From Gemmatimonadales bacterium (GTDB taxonomy: Bacteria; Gemmatimonadota; Gemmatimonadetes; Gemmatimonadales; GWC2-71-9): a stretch of DNA of 64,000 bases. Below, in pieces: positions 30,301 through 38,883 of this stretch. Within the stretch, counting starts at the first letter, position 1. Each line of letters starts with the position of its first letter. The translations under genes and the position numbers were made by a program. The DNA is taken from the NCBI GenBank assembly GCA_041615815.1, contig JBFJCP010000018.1:31350-95349 (forward strand), in the 5' to 3' direction. The notes beneath the pieces are model-generated. The model was not told the origin of the DNA, did no database searches, and was given only the letters and a program-made list of their open reading frames with translations.

Positions 30301-33300
30301 CTAGGCCTTCGCTCGCCGGTCCGATGTGTCGCGGCGTTCGATTCCACTCCGGCGGCTGACACCGCGACGCCGCTCGCCACGGCGACGATCCCGTGCCGCT
30401 CGCCGCTCGAAGGCCACTGGCTCGGCCAAACGGCGGCGATCGAGGTAGCGGCGATCTTCGCCGGCTCGCCGATCCCGTCCCGCCCGCCGATCGGACCGTA
30501 CACCCCAGGACGACAATTTGCGCCGTTGAGCGACGCGCCGCTCTCGCTGCTGTGTGTTCGTCGTGCCGTTCATACCGTCGTTCCGTTGGTCGGAAGGAGG
30601 TGTGGGCGGCGCCACGTGCTGTCGCGCGTGCCCGGCGAGACCGTTGGCGCCGTTTGCATGCCCGTTCACTGGCGCACCATGCCCGTTCACTGGCTTGGTC
30701 GTACCACCGGCGGCGGACGGTCCCGCATGCCCGTTCGCTGGAGGAGCGTACCCACTGGCGGGTGGGACGTGCCCATTGGCCGGAGGGGCATGCCCATTGG
30801 CAGGGGCAGCGTGACCGTTGATGTGGCCACCGTTCGGTGCCGGATGCCCATTGACCGGTTTCATTTGGCTCTTGATGCCATTTGGCCCTGCAGCGGGGGG
30901 CGGGTGGCTCGCACCGTTCACGATGGGGCCGCCATTGGGATGCCCATTGGGGTGGGCCACACCATTCGCTTTCGGTGACCACGAAGATGCCCCCTTGGAC
31001 GGTGCTGTAGCGCCGTTCACGTCGGCACTCGGTCCCGCGGGTGCGGGCGGTCGCGTGTCGCTCGGCGGGGGCGAGGTGCTCTGGGAGTGCCAATCCGGCG
31101 GCGCGTGGTACGGCGTGGTTGGCGCCGCTGGCGGGGTGTTGCCTCCCGCTCCTTGCTGCGGCCATGCCGGACCGCTACTGGGTGCACCCTGATACCCGGT
31201 GCCGGCGGCAACGGGTTGCTGAACCGGCTGTCGCGGCTGCGCGGGCGGTTGGGGCGGGGGTGCCGCCGCCTGTGGCGCCGGCTGGTACGTGTAATTCACA
31301 CTCGGGCCGTGGGGTCCCCACGGACTTGGCGTCTGGAAGGGAGAGGGCGCCTGGTACGGAGCGCTAAACCCGCTGGGACCCCAGGCCGGAGGTGTATGAT
31401 AGACCGGGCCCGTCCCCACCGGCGGCCAGACCTGGGGAGCGTACTGGAACACGCCCGGATAGTGTCCCGGTAGTGGTGTTGGTTGATAGAAGACGGCGTG
31501 GCTGTACTGCGCCGCCACTTGCGGTGGCTGGTACATCTGCGGCATCACCGCTTGGCCGTACGCGTACGGATACATCTGTGGGGGCATCGGCGGGCCACCA
31601 TGCTGCCCCTCGACGACGACCACCATCACTTTGACGTCCGGCGGCACCTGAATGTTCTTGACACCGTGACCGGAGTCGAGGCGTACCTCCATTGTCCCGG
31701 GATCGTGTCCCGAGGGTCCAATGTGAATGTTGCCGTGGCCGGGACCGTCCTGCGGCTGTCGCGGCGGTTCTTCCGGCGGCTGCTGGAACCGGCCCCCCTG
31801 GTATCCACTGGGCGGCTGCTGTGGTTCGCGCGGCGGGTGGTACGCCGCCGCGGAAGGATCTGTCGATCCTGCCGGCCCGTGGACATATCCCGATGGCTGT
31901 TGATGGGGCGGTGCCGGCTGTTGGGACTGCGCCGGTTGCTCGTATTGCGGCGCCGGCTGCTGGTATGGTGGTGCCGGCGGTTGGTACGGCGGCGCCGGCT
32001 GGTCTTGTGGCGCGTGGTGCTGGTACTCGGGCGCGGGCTGCTGATACGGCGGCACCGGCTCGCGATACTCGGGAACCGGCTGCTCGTACGGCTCGGGCTG
32101 CTCGTAGCGCTCGGGCTCGGGTGCCGGCTCGGGCGCCTGGTAGTGCACGGCCGGTGCCGGCTCGACGGGTTCGGCCGGAAATGCGACGGGGCTCGGGGCG
32201 GCGAGTGGTGGTGACGTGGCCGGCTCGGCAGCCGATGGAGCTGCCATTTCCAGCGGCGCGTCCACAACGCGGAGCAACTCGTCGATCGTCGACTCACCGC
32301 GGAGGACGTGCGCCAAGCCACTCTCCCACAGAGAGTGCATTCCGCCCCGCCGCGCCGCCTGGGCGATCTTGTCCACCGTCTCTCCGGTCGCGATGAGGTG
32401 TTCCAATTCGGGTGTAACCGTCAACACCTCGAGGATTGCGAACCGGCCTCGGTAGCCGGTCATCGCGCACTTGGGACACCCCACGGCACGGTAGAGCGGT
32501 GTGTCGGTCTGAATCCACTGCTGAAGCTTGGGCGGTGCGGGTTCGAGCGCCACGTCTTTGCAGGCGGGACAGAGTTTACGCATCAAGCGTTGCGCCAGCA
32601 CACCTCGCACCGCGGTCGCGATCTTGTAGCTCTCGATGCCGATGTCCATAAGTCGCGCGACGGCGCTCGGCGCGTCGTTGGTGTGCAGCGTCGAGAGGAC
32701 GAGGTGGCCGGTGAGCGATGCTTGGACGGCGATTTGTGCGGTCTCTCGGTCGCGAATCTCACCGACGAGGACGACGTCGGGATCTTGTCGCAGGATCGAG
32801 CGGAGCGCGGAAGCGAAAGTGAGGCCGGCTTTCTCGTGGACCTGGACCTGCACGATGCCCTTGAGGCGGTACTCAACCGGATCCTCGACCGTAATGATGT
32901 TGACACCCTCGCTCTGGACATGACGGATGGCCGAGTAGAGTGTCGTGGTCTTCCCGGATCCGGTGGGTCCCGTGACGAGGATGACGCCATCACGATTGGC
33001 GAGGAGATCTTTGACTGCCTGGTCCTCGTCCGGGTTGAACCCCATCTTCTCCAACTCGAGGACGGACTTGGACGAATCGAGGATCCGGATCACGACCTTC
33101 TCGCCGAGGGCCGCCGGCAAGGTGGACACGCGAAGATCCACCGGTTGTCCGTTGATCGCGACCCGAGCGCGGCCGTCCTGGGGTCGGAGCCGATCCGCGA
33201 TATCCATCCGCGACATGATCTTGATGCGCGAGATGAGCGGCATGCCTACGCGCCGTGGCAGCGCCATGACCTGTCGGAGCACACCGTCGATGCGGTAGCG

Positions 33301-34128
33301 GACCGCTATCCCGTTTTGCTCCGGCTCGATGTGGATGTCGCTCGCGCGGGTCTTGATGCCCTCGGACAACAAATGGTCCACCATGCGGACCACCGGCCCG
33401 ATGGACGCCTCCTTGTTCCACGCGTTGAGCTCCTCGGCTTCGTCGGCTTCCTTGATCTGCGTCACTTCGGTGCCGGTGTCCATGCCTTGGAGCAGCTGAT
33501 CGATGACGCTCTCGGGTCGATAGAGCTCGTTCAGTTTTTCCGCAATCGCAGTCGGCGCGGAGAGGAGCATCCGCACTTTGCGGCTCGTCGCGAACGCCAG
33601 CGTATTCTCGCAGTCGATGTCGAACGGGTTGGCCGTGGCGATTTCCAGATACCCGTCCGTCGCACGCAGGGGGACGATCTGGTAGCGTCGGGCCACCTGC
33701 TCCGGCACCATGGCGACGGCCTGGGAGCTGCACTCGGAGAGGTCGGCAATGGGGATGCCCGTGCGGGTCGAGAGGTCCTGCAGCGCCTGATCCGCGGCCA
33801 CGCGCGTCGATGTCGTTTGACGATGGACGGCCTCTACGTTGGGGGGCGGGGGTGGTCCCTCCGACGGCCCCATGGGCTGGGTCGCCGCTGGAGCGCGTCC
33901 ATCATGCGAGGGCCGAGGGCTGGGGAGATCGCTCTTGGCGTCTTGGAGGTGGGTCAGGAATGCGGGTGGCCACGGCGTGGGGCGCCCGGATGGACCGGTC
34001 CCATCCCCGTCGAGCCGGTCGGCTCCCACGAGGCGACGCAACGAGGGCAGCCAACTCCCCGAGCCGTCTGGGGGGATGGACTGCACTCCTGGCTGCTCGC
34101 TCTTGTCGAGCGAATTAGGGCGCGTCAT
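30301..34128 (-). CDS. GspE/PulE/PilB-family ATPase with a ~650-aa low-complexity C-terminal extension
   Basis: GPTGSGKTT, EDPVEY, LRQDPDVVLVGEIRD, GHLVLSTLHTND, CPAC...CPKC Zn site, GYRGR; uninterrupted frame to the stop at 30301; AGGA RBS before ATG 34128. Confidence 0.9.
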   Translation of the reverse strand: MTRPNSLDKSEQPGVQSIPPDGSGSWLPSLRRLVGADRLDGDGTGPSGRPTPWPPAFLTHLQDAKSDLPSPRPSHDGRAPAATQPMGPSEGPPPPPNVEAVHRQTTSTRVAADQALQDLSTRTGIPIADLSECSSQAVAMVPEQVARRYQIVPLRATDGYLEIATANPFDIDCENTLAFATSRKVRMLLSAPTAIAEKLNELYRPESVIDQLLQGMDTGTEVTQIKEADEAEELNAWNKEASIGPVVRMVDHLLSEGIKTRASDIHIEPEQNGIAVRYRIDGVLRQVMALPRRVGMPLISRIKIMSRMDIADRLRPQDGRARVAINGQPVDLRVSTLPAALGEKVVIRILDSSKSVLELEKMGFNPDEDQAVKDLLANRDGVILVTGPTGSGKTTTLYSAIRHVQSEGVNIITVEDPVEYRLKGIVQVQVHEKAGLTFASALRSILRQDPDVVLVGEIRDRETAQIAVQASLTGHLVLSTLHTNDAPSAVARLMDIGIESYKIATAVRGVLAQRLMRKLCPACKDVALEPAPPKLQQWIQTDTPLYRAVGCPKCAMTGYRGRFAILEVLTVTPELEHLIATGETVDKIAQAARRGGMHSLWESGLAHVLRGESTIDELLRVVDAPLEMAAPSAAEPATSPPLAAPSPVAFPAEPVEPAPAVHYQAPEPAPEPERYEQPEPYEQPVPEYREPVPPYQQPAPEYQHHAPQDQPAPPYQPPAPPYQQPAPQYEQPAQSQQPAPPHQQPSGYVHGPAGSTDPSAAAYHPPREPQQPPSGYQGGRFQQPPEEPPRQPQDGPGHGNIHIGPSGHDPGTMEVRLDSGHGVKNIQVPPDVKVMVVVVEGQHGGPPMPPQMYPYAYGQAVMPQMYQPPQVAAQYSHAVFYQPTPLPGHYPGVFQYAPQVWPPVGTGPVYHTPPAWGPSGFSAPYQAPSPFQTPSPWGPHGPSVNYTYQPAPQAAAPPPQPPAQPRQPVQQPVAAGTGYQGAPSSGPAWPQQGAGGNTPPAAPTTPYHAPPDWHSQSTSPPPSDTRPPAPAGPSADVNGATAPSKGASSWSPKANGVAHPNGHPNGGPIVNGASHPPPAAGPNGIKSQMKPVNGHPAPNGGHINGHAAPANGHAPPANGHVPPASGYAPPANGHAGPSAAGGTTKPVNGHGAPVNGHANGANGLAGHARQHVAPPTPPSDQRNDGMNGTTNTQQRERRVAQRRKLSSWGVRSDRRAGRDRRAGEDRRYLDRRRLAEPVAFERRAARDRRRGERRRGVSRRSGIERRDTSDRRAKA

Positions 34129-34645
34129 TCGCCGTCCTATGACCAAGAGATGTGAATGGTCTGTGAGTCAGAGGGGCAAGCACCGGGCCGCGCGGCGTGC
34201 TGCTCCCCAACAGAACGCCGGCCCGGCCGAATCTCGTCCCAGGCGCTACTCGGTTTTGTTGCAACAACCACGCCAGCGTGACAACCGAAGAGTCGATGCG
34301 ACAGGCACATACGGTCGTTCCGCAAGGAAGGCGCCCACCACCGCGCAAGCCCGCTCAACCCTGGCAAATCCGGTGAAATGTGCCGCCGTTTCCGCACCAG
34401 TGGCGCGACGGTGCAACGAGACTGTACGAAGTCGAGTAATCGGAGGTCAGTGGTGTGGGAACCGTGCGACGATTCGGATGGCGACTCTGGGAAGGGCGCT
34501 GTCGCAGAGCCTCGACAGCCACGGGAGATGCCAGCGGGTTGCCGCCCCAATCGTTGCGGCAGTGCTCCCTCAGTTGGCCGCGCCCGCCCCGAGTGTGGCA
34601 CGCCCCGCGACCTCTGCCGGAGCGGGCGGCAGAGGAGCGACGGCC

Positions 34646-34681
34646 TTCAAACCCTGCCCCAGCCAGCGGCATCTCATGAAC
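34646..34681 (+). promoter_or_regulatory. Putative ECF sigma autoregulatory promoter TTCAAACC-N16-CATCTCATGAAC
   Basis: A near-identical bipartite motif with the same 16-nt spacing lies at 36794-36829. Confidence 0.7.
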
Positions 34682-34685
34682 GACC

Positions 34686-35270
34686 GTGGACGCGTGCGAC
34701 CGAGCGGGAGATCGAGAGCGTCGCCGAGATGACGGGGGCCAGACGGCACCGGCGATGAATCCGCTGGTGAGCCGCGCCCAAGACGGCGACCAGGCGGCGT
34801 TCGAGCAGCTGTATCGAGCGCACGTGGGACGAGTGTATGCCTTGTGTCTTCGTATGACGGCCGATCCCAGCCGGGCCGAGGAGTTGACGCAAGACGTCTT
34901 CGTCCGGACCTGGCGCAGGCTCGGGTCGTTTCGTGGCCGGAGCGCCTTCTCGTCGTGGCTCTACCGACTGACCGTGAACGTGGTGCTTGGAGCACTGCGG
35001 ACCGAGCGGCGCCGCGATCGACGTGTAACGCTGGCGGCGGACTTGGACGAGCTCGAGGTTGCGGCGCCGGCTCCGGCGGGCGGCACGGCGCTCGATCTGG
35101 AAGCGGGAATCCGCGCACTTCCGCCACGGGCTCGGACGGTTCTCGTGCTGCATGACATCGAAGGGTACACGCATGACGAAGTCGGCAAGCTGATGGACAT
35201 TGCGCCCGGAACGGCCAAGGCCCAGCTCCATCGTGCGCGCACCCTCTTGCGAGGCTGGCTGGAGCGATGA
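34686..35270 (+). CDS. ECF RNA polymerase sigma factor (sigma-70 group 4)
   Basis: GDQAAFEQLY, AEELTQDVF, FRGRSAFSSWLYR, LHDIEGY.H.E, GTAKAQLHRAR; the start could be ATG 34755. Confidence 0.93.
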   Translation: MDACDRAGDRERRRDDGGQTAPAMNPLVSRAQDGDQAAFEQLYRAHVGRVYALCLRMTADPSRAEELTQDVFVRTWRRLGSFRGRSAFSSWLYRLTVNVVLGALRTERRRDRRVTLAADLDELEVAAPAPAGGTALDLEAGIRALPPRARTVLVLHDIEGYTHDEVGKLMDIAPGTAKAQLHRARTLLRGWLER

Positions 35271-35908
35271 CACACCCCGACGCAACGAACCTGCACGAGT
35301 ATGCCGATGGGACACTTCCGGCGGCATCGGTGCCGGTGCTCGAAGGGCACCTGGAGGGCTGCGCCGCATGTCGTGAGGAGGTCGGGCGGCTCCGGCGCTA
35401 TCTGGCCGATGTCGCGCGGTTGCCGCGGAGCATCGAGCCCGGGCGCGATCTCTGGACCGACATTCAATCGAACTTGGTGGTGAGACGGAAACGTGACCCT
35501 ACGCATCCGTGGACTCGTCGCGTGGCACTCCTCGCCGCGGCGGTCGTGCTCGTCGTGATGTCCTCCGTGATCACACGGATGGTGGTGCAGCCTCGGGCGC
35601 CGACCCCGGCCATGGGACTCGATCGGGGGCCCGAGATGCTGGTCCGCTTTCAGCAAACCGAGCGCGAGTATGCCCGGGCGATTGCCGAGCTCGAAGAGGT
35701 GCTCGAAGTGGCCAGAAGCCGCTTGGCGCCGGAGACCGTGGTCCTGATCGAACGCAACCTGGCTGTCATCGATGCTGCGATTGACGAAGCCCGAATGACT
35801 ATCGCTCAGGATTCAGCTGGTGTGGAAGTGTTGGTGATGCTCACCCAACGGTACGAAGACAAGCTCGAGCTGTTGCGGCGCGTGACAAGGCTGGCCACTC
35901 AAAGTTAG
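35267..35908 (+). CDS. Zinc-finger (HxxxCxxC) anti-sigma factor with one TM helix
   Basis: HLEGCAAC ZAS motif, TM helix, periplasmic helical tail; ATGA overlap with the sigma gene. Confidence 0.88.
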   Translation: MTHPDATNLHEYADGTLPAASVPVLEGHLEGCAACREEVGRLRRYLADVARLPRSIEPGRDLWTDIQSNLVVRRKRDPTHPWTRRVALLAAAVVLVVMSSVITRMVVQPRAPTPAMGLDRGPEMLVRFQQTEREYARAIAELEEVLEVARSRLAPETVVLIERNLAVIDAAIDEARMTIAQDSAGVEVLVMLTQRYEDKLELLRRVTRLATQS

Positions 35909-35917
35909 GGTCGAGGC

Positions 35918-36787
35918 ATGAAACGACTGATGCTGTTGTTGCTCGGTGGCATGACGTTGGCAAACGGTGTGCTCACCGCCCAGGAGCGCGTTGCGGTGGG
36001 GCGCGGCGCGGCTCGTGACGGAACTATCAAGATCACGGCCGTGGCAGGTGTCATCCGTGTGGCCGGCTGGATGCGCGATTCGATTGCGGTGACGGGGACC
36101 ATCGGTACCGGGGTGGAACGAATCGAGGTCTTTGCCGATGACCGGACCGCCAGGGTGCAGGCTCACACTCCGCGATCCGTGGTCGACGTCGACTCCACTC
36201 TGGAGGTGAATCTCGAGATTCGGGTTCCGCGAGGGAGCTATGTGGGCGTGCGGACCGTGACAGCGTCCGTGGAAGCGGAAGGTGTCGAGGGCGGTATCGA
36301 TGTGGAGTCCGAAACCGGCGACATCCGCGTCTTGCGTGGGGGTGTGCGGAACATCTATGCGGAGACGGCCGGTGGCAACGTCGACATTGCGGCGCGCTCC
36401 AAGCTCATCCGCGCCAAAACGGTGGATGGAAACATCGGCGTTCGTAATGCACTCGGCTTCGTGGAGCTCGCGACCGTGAGCGGCCGGATCGATCTCCAAG
36501 GAGAGGCGCTCTCGCAAGCCGAGCTGTCGAGTGTCTCCGGGGACATCCTATTCGACGGCTCGTTTGAGCGCGGCGCGTTCGCGTTCTCGGTTCAGACCCA
36601 CGGCGGCACCATCGAGCTACGTCTTCCGGCCACTCTCGTTGCGGATTTCGACGTACGCGTGCTGAAGGGGCGCCTGGAAAACGAATTCGGACCCGCCACC
36701 GGCGGGCTCTTCAGCACCGGTCGCGGTGGGCCGCGTCTCGATGTCACGAGCTTCAAAGGGAGGGTGCGACTCCTCAAGCGGCAATGA
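35918..36787 (+). CDS. DUF4097-like beta-strand repeat protein, exported
   Basis: Signal peptide; repeated T.SG.I motifs; typical third gene of ECF/ZAS operons. Confidence 0.82.
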   Translation: MKRLMLLLLGGMTLANGVLTAQERVAVGRGAARDGTIKITAVAGVIRVAGWMRDSIAVTGTIGTGVERIEVFADDRTARVQAHTPRSVVDVDSTLEVNLEIRVPRGSYVGVRTVTASVEAEGVEGGIDVESETGDIRVLRGGVRNIYAETAGGNVDIAARSKLIRAKTVDGNIGVRNALGFVELATVSGRIDLQGEALSQAELSSVSGDILFDGSFERGAFAFSVQTHGGTIELRLPATLVADFDVRVLKGRLENEFGPATGGLFSTGRGGPRLDVTSFKGRVRLLKRQ

Positions 36788-36793
36788 CGGTCG

Positions 36794-36829
36794 TTCAAAC
36801 CTTTCGGGCCCGGCAGCCATCACAAGAAC
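36794..36829 (+). promoter_or_regulatory. Second copy of the putative ECF promoter, TTCAAACC-N16-CATCACAAGAAC
   Basis: Matches 34646-34681 and lies 22 nt upstream of ATG 36852. Confidence 0.7.
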
Positions 36830-36851
36830 AACTCGTCAATTGGAGACCACC

Positions 36852-37364
36852 ATGTCCCGCAAACTACTCTGGAGTCTCGTCCCGATCGGTGTTGCCGCGG
36901 TGCTTTCCGTCTCTAGCGCCACGACGGCGCCCAAGGGGGCGCCGTGGATGTCATTGGAAATGCCGGTCAACCCCTTCGATGCGTCAACTCGCGGTGCCGC
37001 CTTCCTCGTCCACGCGTACCTCCACGAACGTCCCGTAGGGTTTCCGGCGGTAGGCTCGGCGGAGGGGCTCGTCGATGGAAAACGCCAGACGATCGCTCTC
37101 GAATTCCAAGAGACGTCTCGGCCCGGCGTGTACGCCGTGCACCCGCAGTGGCCATCGAAAGGGAACTGGATCCTGACGCTCGGGCTCAATGCCAATCGAG
37201 AGATGCCCTTCCTCCTGGTCGAGCTGGGGCCGAATGGCGGTGTCGGTGACGCAGCCGCGTATGACACCAAGATCAAAACCCTCGCCATCCGTTCGGTGCA
37301 ACTCATACAGGGCGGATTGAGCGCCGCGCAGATCGAGGCGACGCTTCGAGCCATGTCGGAGTAG
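36852..37364 (+). CDS. Hypothetical secreted protein
   Basis: GGAG RBS, signal peptide MSRKLLWSLVPIGVAAVL..., beta-rich body. Confidence 0.75.
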   Translation: MSRKLLWSLVPIGVAAVLSVSSATTAPKGAPWMSLEMPVNPFDASTRGAAFLVHAYLHERPVGFPAVGSAEGLVDGKRQTIALEFQETSRPGVYAVHPQWPSKGNWILTLGLNANREMPFLLVELGPNGGVGDAAAYDTKIKTLAIRSVQLIQGGLSAAQIEATLRAMSE

Positions 37365-37366
37365 GT

Positions 37367-37417
37367 CCTCACCCCTCACCCCCATACCGTGCTCCCCTCT
37401 CCCAACGGGAGAGGGGA
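37367..37417 (+). repeat. REP/BoxC-like element (CCCTCACCCC...CCCCTCTCCC-AAC-GGGAGAGGGG)
   Basis: Perfect 11-bp stem at 37393-37417 preceded by CCTCACC repeats, immediately after a stop codon. Confidence 0.55.
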
Positions 37418-37518
37418 CGGACCGCTTCAAATTCCGGTCACACAAGCGGGCTTCCGCCCCTGGGCTAGAGGCGCTATTTGTTGGTTCGCTTATCGTGGTC
37501 TGGAATCAGGAGCGAACT

Positions 37519-38835
37519 ATGGTCAGGACGGCTGGACCCCAGCTCACCGAAGCCATCAGGGATAGCCAGCAGCGCTTCGTGTTTCCCTGTTGCGCGCCGT
37601 ACTATCGCGAGCCGCTCGTGCTGGTACGCGGCAGCGGCGTGTTCGTGGAAGATGCCGAAGGACGCCGCTACCTCGACGCCTTCAGCGGGATCCTCACGAC
37701 CTCCGTTGGGCACTGTCACCCGGACGTGGTCGAACGAGTGCGCGCGCAAGTTGGGACGCTGGGCCATACATCCACCCTCTACCTCACAGAGCCGATCGTC
37801 GAAGCGGCCCGCCGCCTCAGCGGGATCGCGCCCGGCCGACTCACCAAGTGTTATTTCACGAACAGCGGGACGGAAGCATTGGAGACCGCGATCATGACGG
37901 CTCGGATGTACACCGGGCGCACCGAGATCATCGCCTTACGCCATGCGTATCACGGTCGCACGCATCTCGCGACCGAGGTGACGGCTCAGGCTGGCTGGCG
38001 CCCACTGGCCAGTCAGATCGCGGGAATCAAACACGCGCGGGCGCCCTACTGCTACCGCTCGGAGTATGCTGGTCGGTGCGACGACGAAGCCGCCGACGCG
38101 TTTGCCCGTGACATCGAGGAAGTGATCCTCACGACGACCAACGGCCAGCCAGCGGCGTTCTTGGCTGAGACGATTCTGGGCGTGGGGGGATACGTGGTGC
38201 CACCGCCGGGCTATTTCCAACGAGCGGCCGAGATCATTCGACGGTATGGCGGGGTGTTCATCTGCGACGAGGTGCAGGCCGGCTTCGGACGGACCGGGAC
38301 AAAGTGGTTCGGCATCGAGCATTGGGATGTCGAACCGGATATCATGTTCACCGCCAAGGGCATCGCGAACGGATTCCCCGTCGGAGCTACGATCGCGACC
38401 CCCGAGATCGCCGATGCGTGGCATGGAAAGACCATCTCCACCTTCGGCGGGAATCCCGTCGCCATGACGGCAGTGGTCGCCACGCTGGATGTCATGAGTC
38501 GCGAAGACACGCCTGCGCGCTCGGCGGCGCGAGGGATTCAGCTGCGACGAGGGCTCGACGCGCTCGCGCAGCAATACCCATGGATCGGCGACGTGCGGGG
38601 CATGGGGCTGATGCAGGCCATGGAGATCGTCGAGGATCCCGAGACCAAGACGCCGGATGCCCAGCGTGCCAAAGCGGTACTCGAGGCGGCGAAGGCCGAG
38701 GGCCTGCTCGTGGGTCTGGCTGGACTGTTTGGGAACGTCGTCCGAATCGCGCCGTCCATGCTGATCACACAGGACGAGACAGCGGAGGTGGTCGAGCGCC
38801 TGGGCAAGGCCTGCCAAGCGGCGCATCTACCGTAG
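37519..38835 (+). CDS. Class III PLP aminotransferase (GabT/AGXT2-like)
   Basis: YLDAFSG, GHCHP, NSGTEA, YHG, ICDEVQAGFGRTG, AKGIANG; AGGAG RBS. Confidence 0.92.
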   Translation: MVRTAGPQLTEAIRDSQQRFVFPCCAPYYREPLVLVRGSGVFVEDAEGRRYLDAFSGILTTSVGHCHPDVVERVRAQVGTLGHTSTLYLTEPIVEAARRLSGIAPGRLTKCYFTNSGTEALETAIMTARMYTGRTEIIALRHAYHGRTHLATEVTAQAGWRPLASQIAGIKHARAPYCYRSEYAGRCDDEAADAFARDIEEVILTTTNGQPAAFLAETILGVGGYVVPPPGYFQRAAEIIRRYGGVFICDEVQAGFGRTGTKWFGIEHWDVEPDIMFTAKGIANGFPVGATIATPEIADAWHGKTISTFGGNPVAMTAVVATLDVMSREDTPARSAARGIQLRRGLDALAQQYPWIGDVRGMGLMQAMEIVEDPETKTPDAQRAKAVLEAAKAEGLLVGLAGLFGNVVRIAPSMLITQDETAEVVERLGKACQAAHLP

Positions 38836-38883
38836 GCCAAAGTGGTGGACACGGCAGACACGCCGCCAAGACGAACCCTGTGA

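Noticed and set aside
31890..32110. CRISPR-like array
   Set aside because: These are degenerate 21-bp coding repeats with no unique spacers, and there are no cas genes.
1..33700. Possible recent duplication or mobile repeat between 1-1200 and ~32500-33700
   Set aside because: Similarity is at protein level with many synonymous differences, and there are no terminal repeats or transposase. These are old paralogues.
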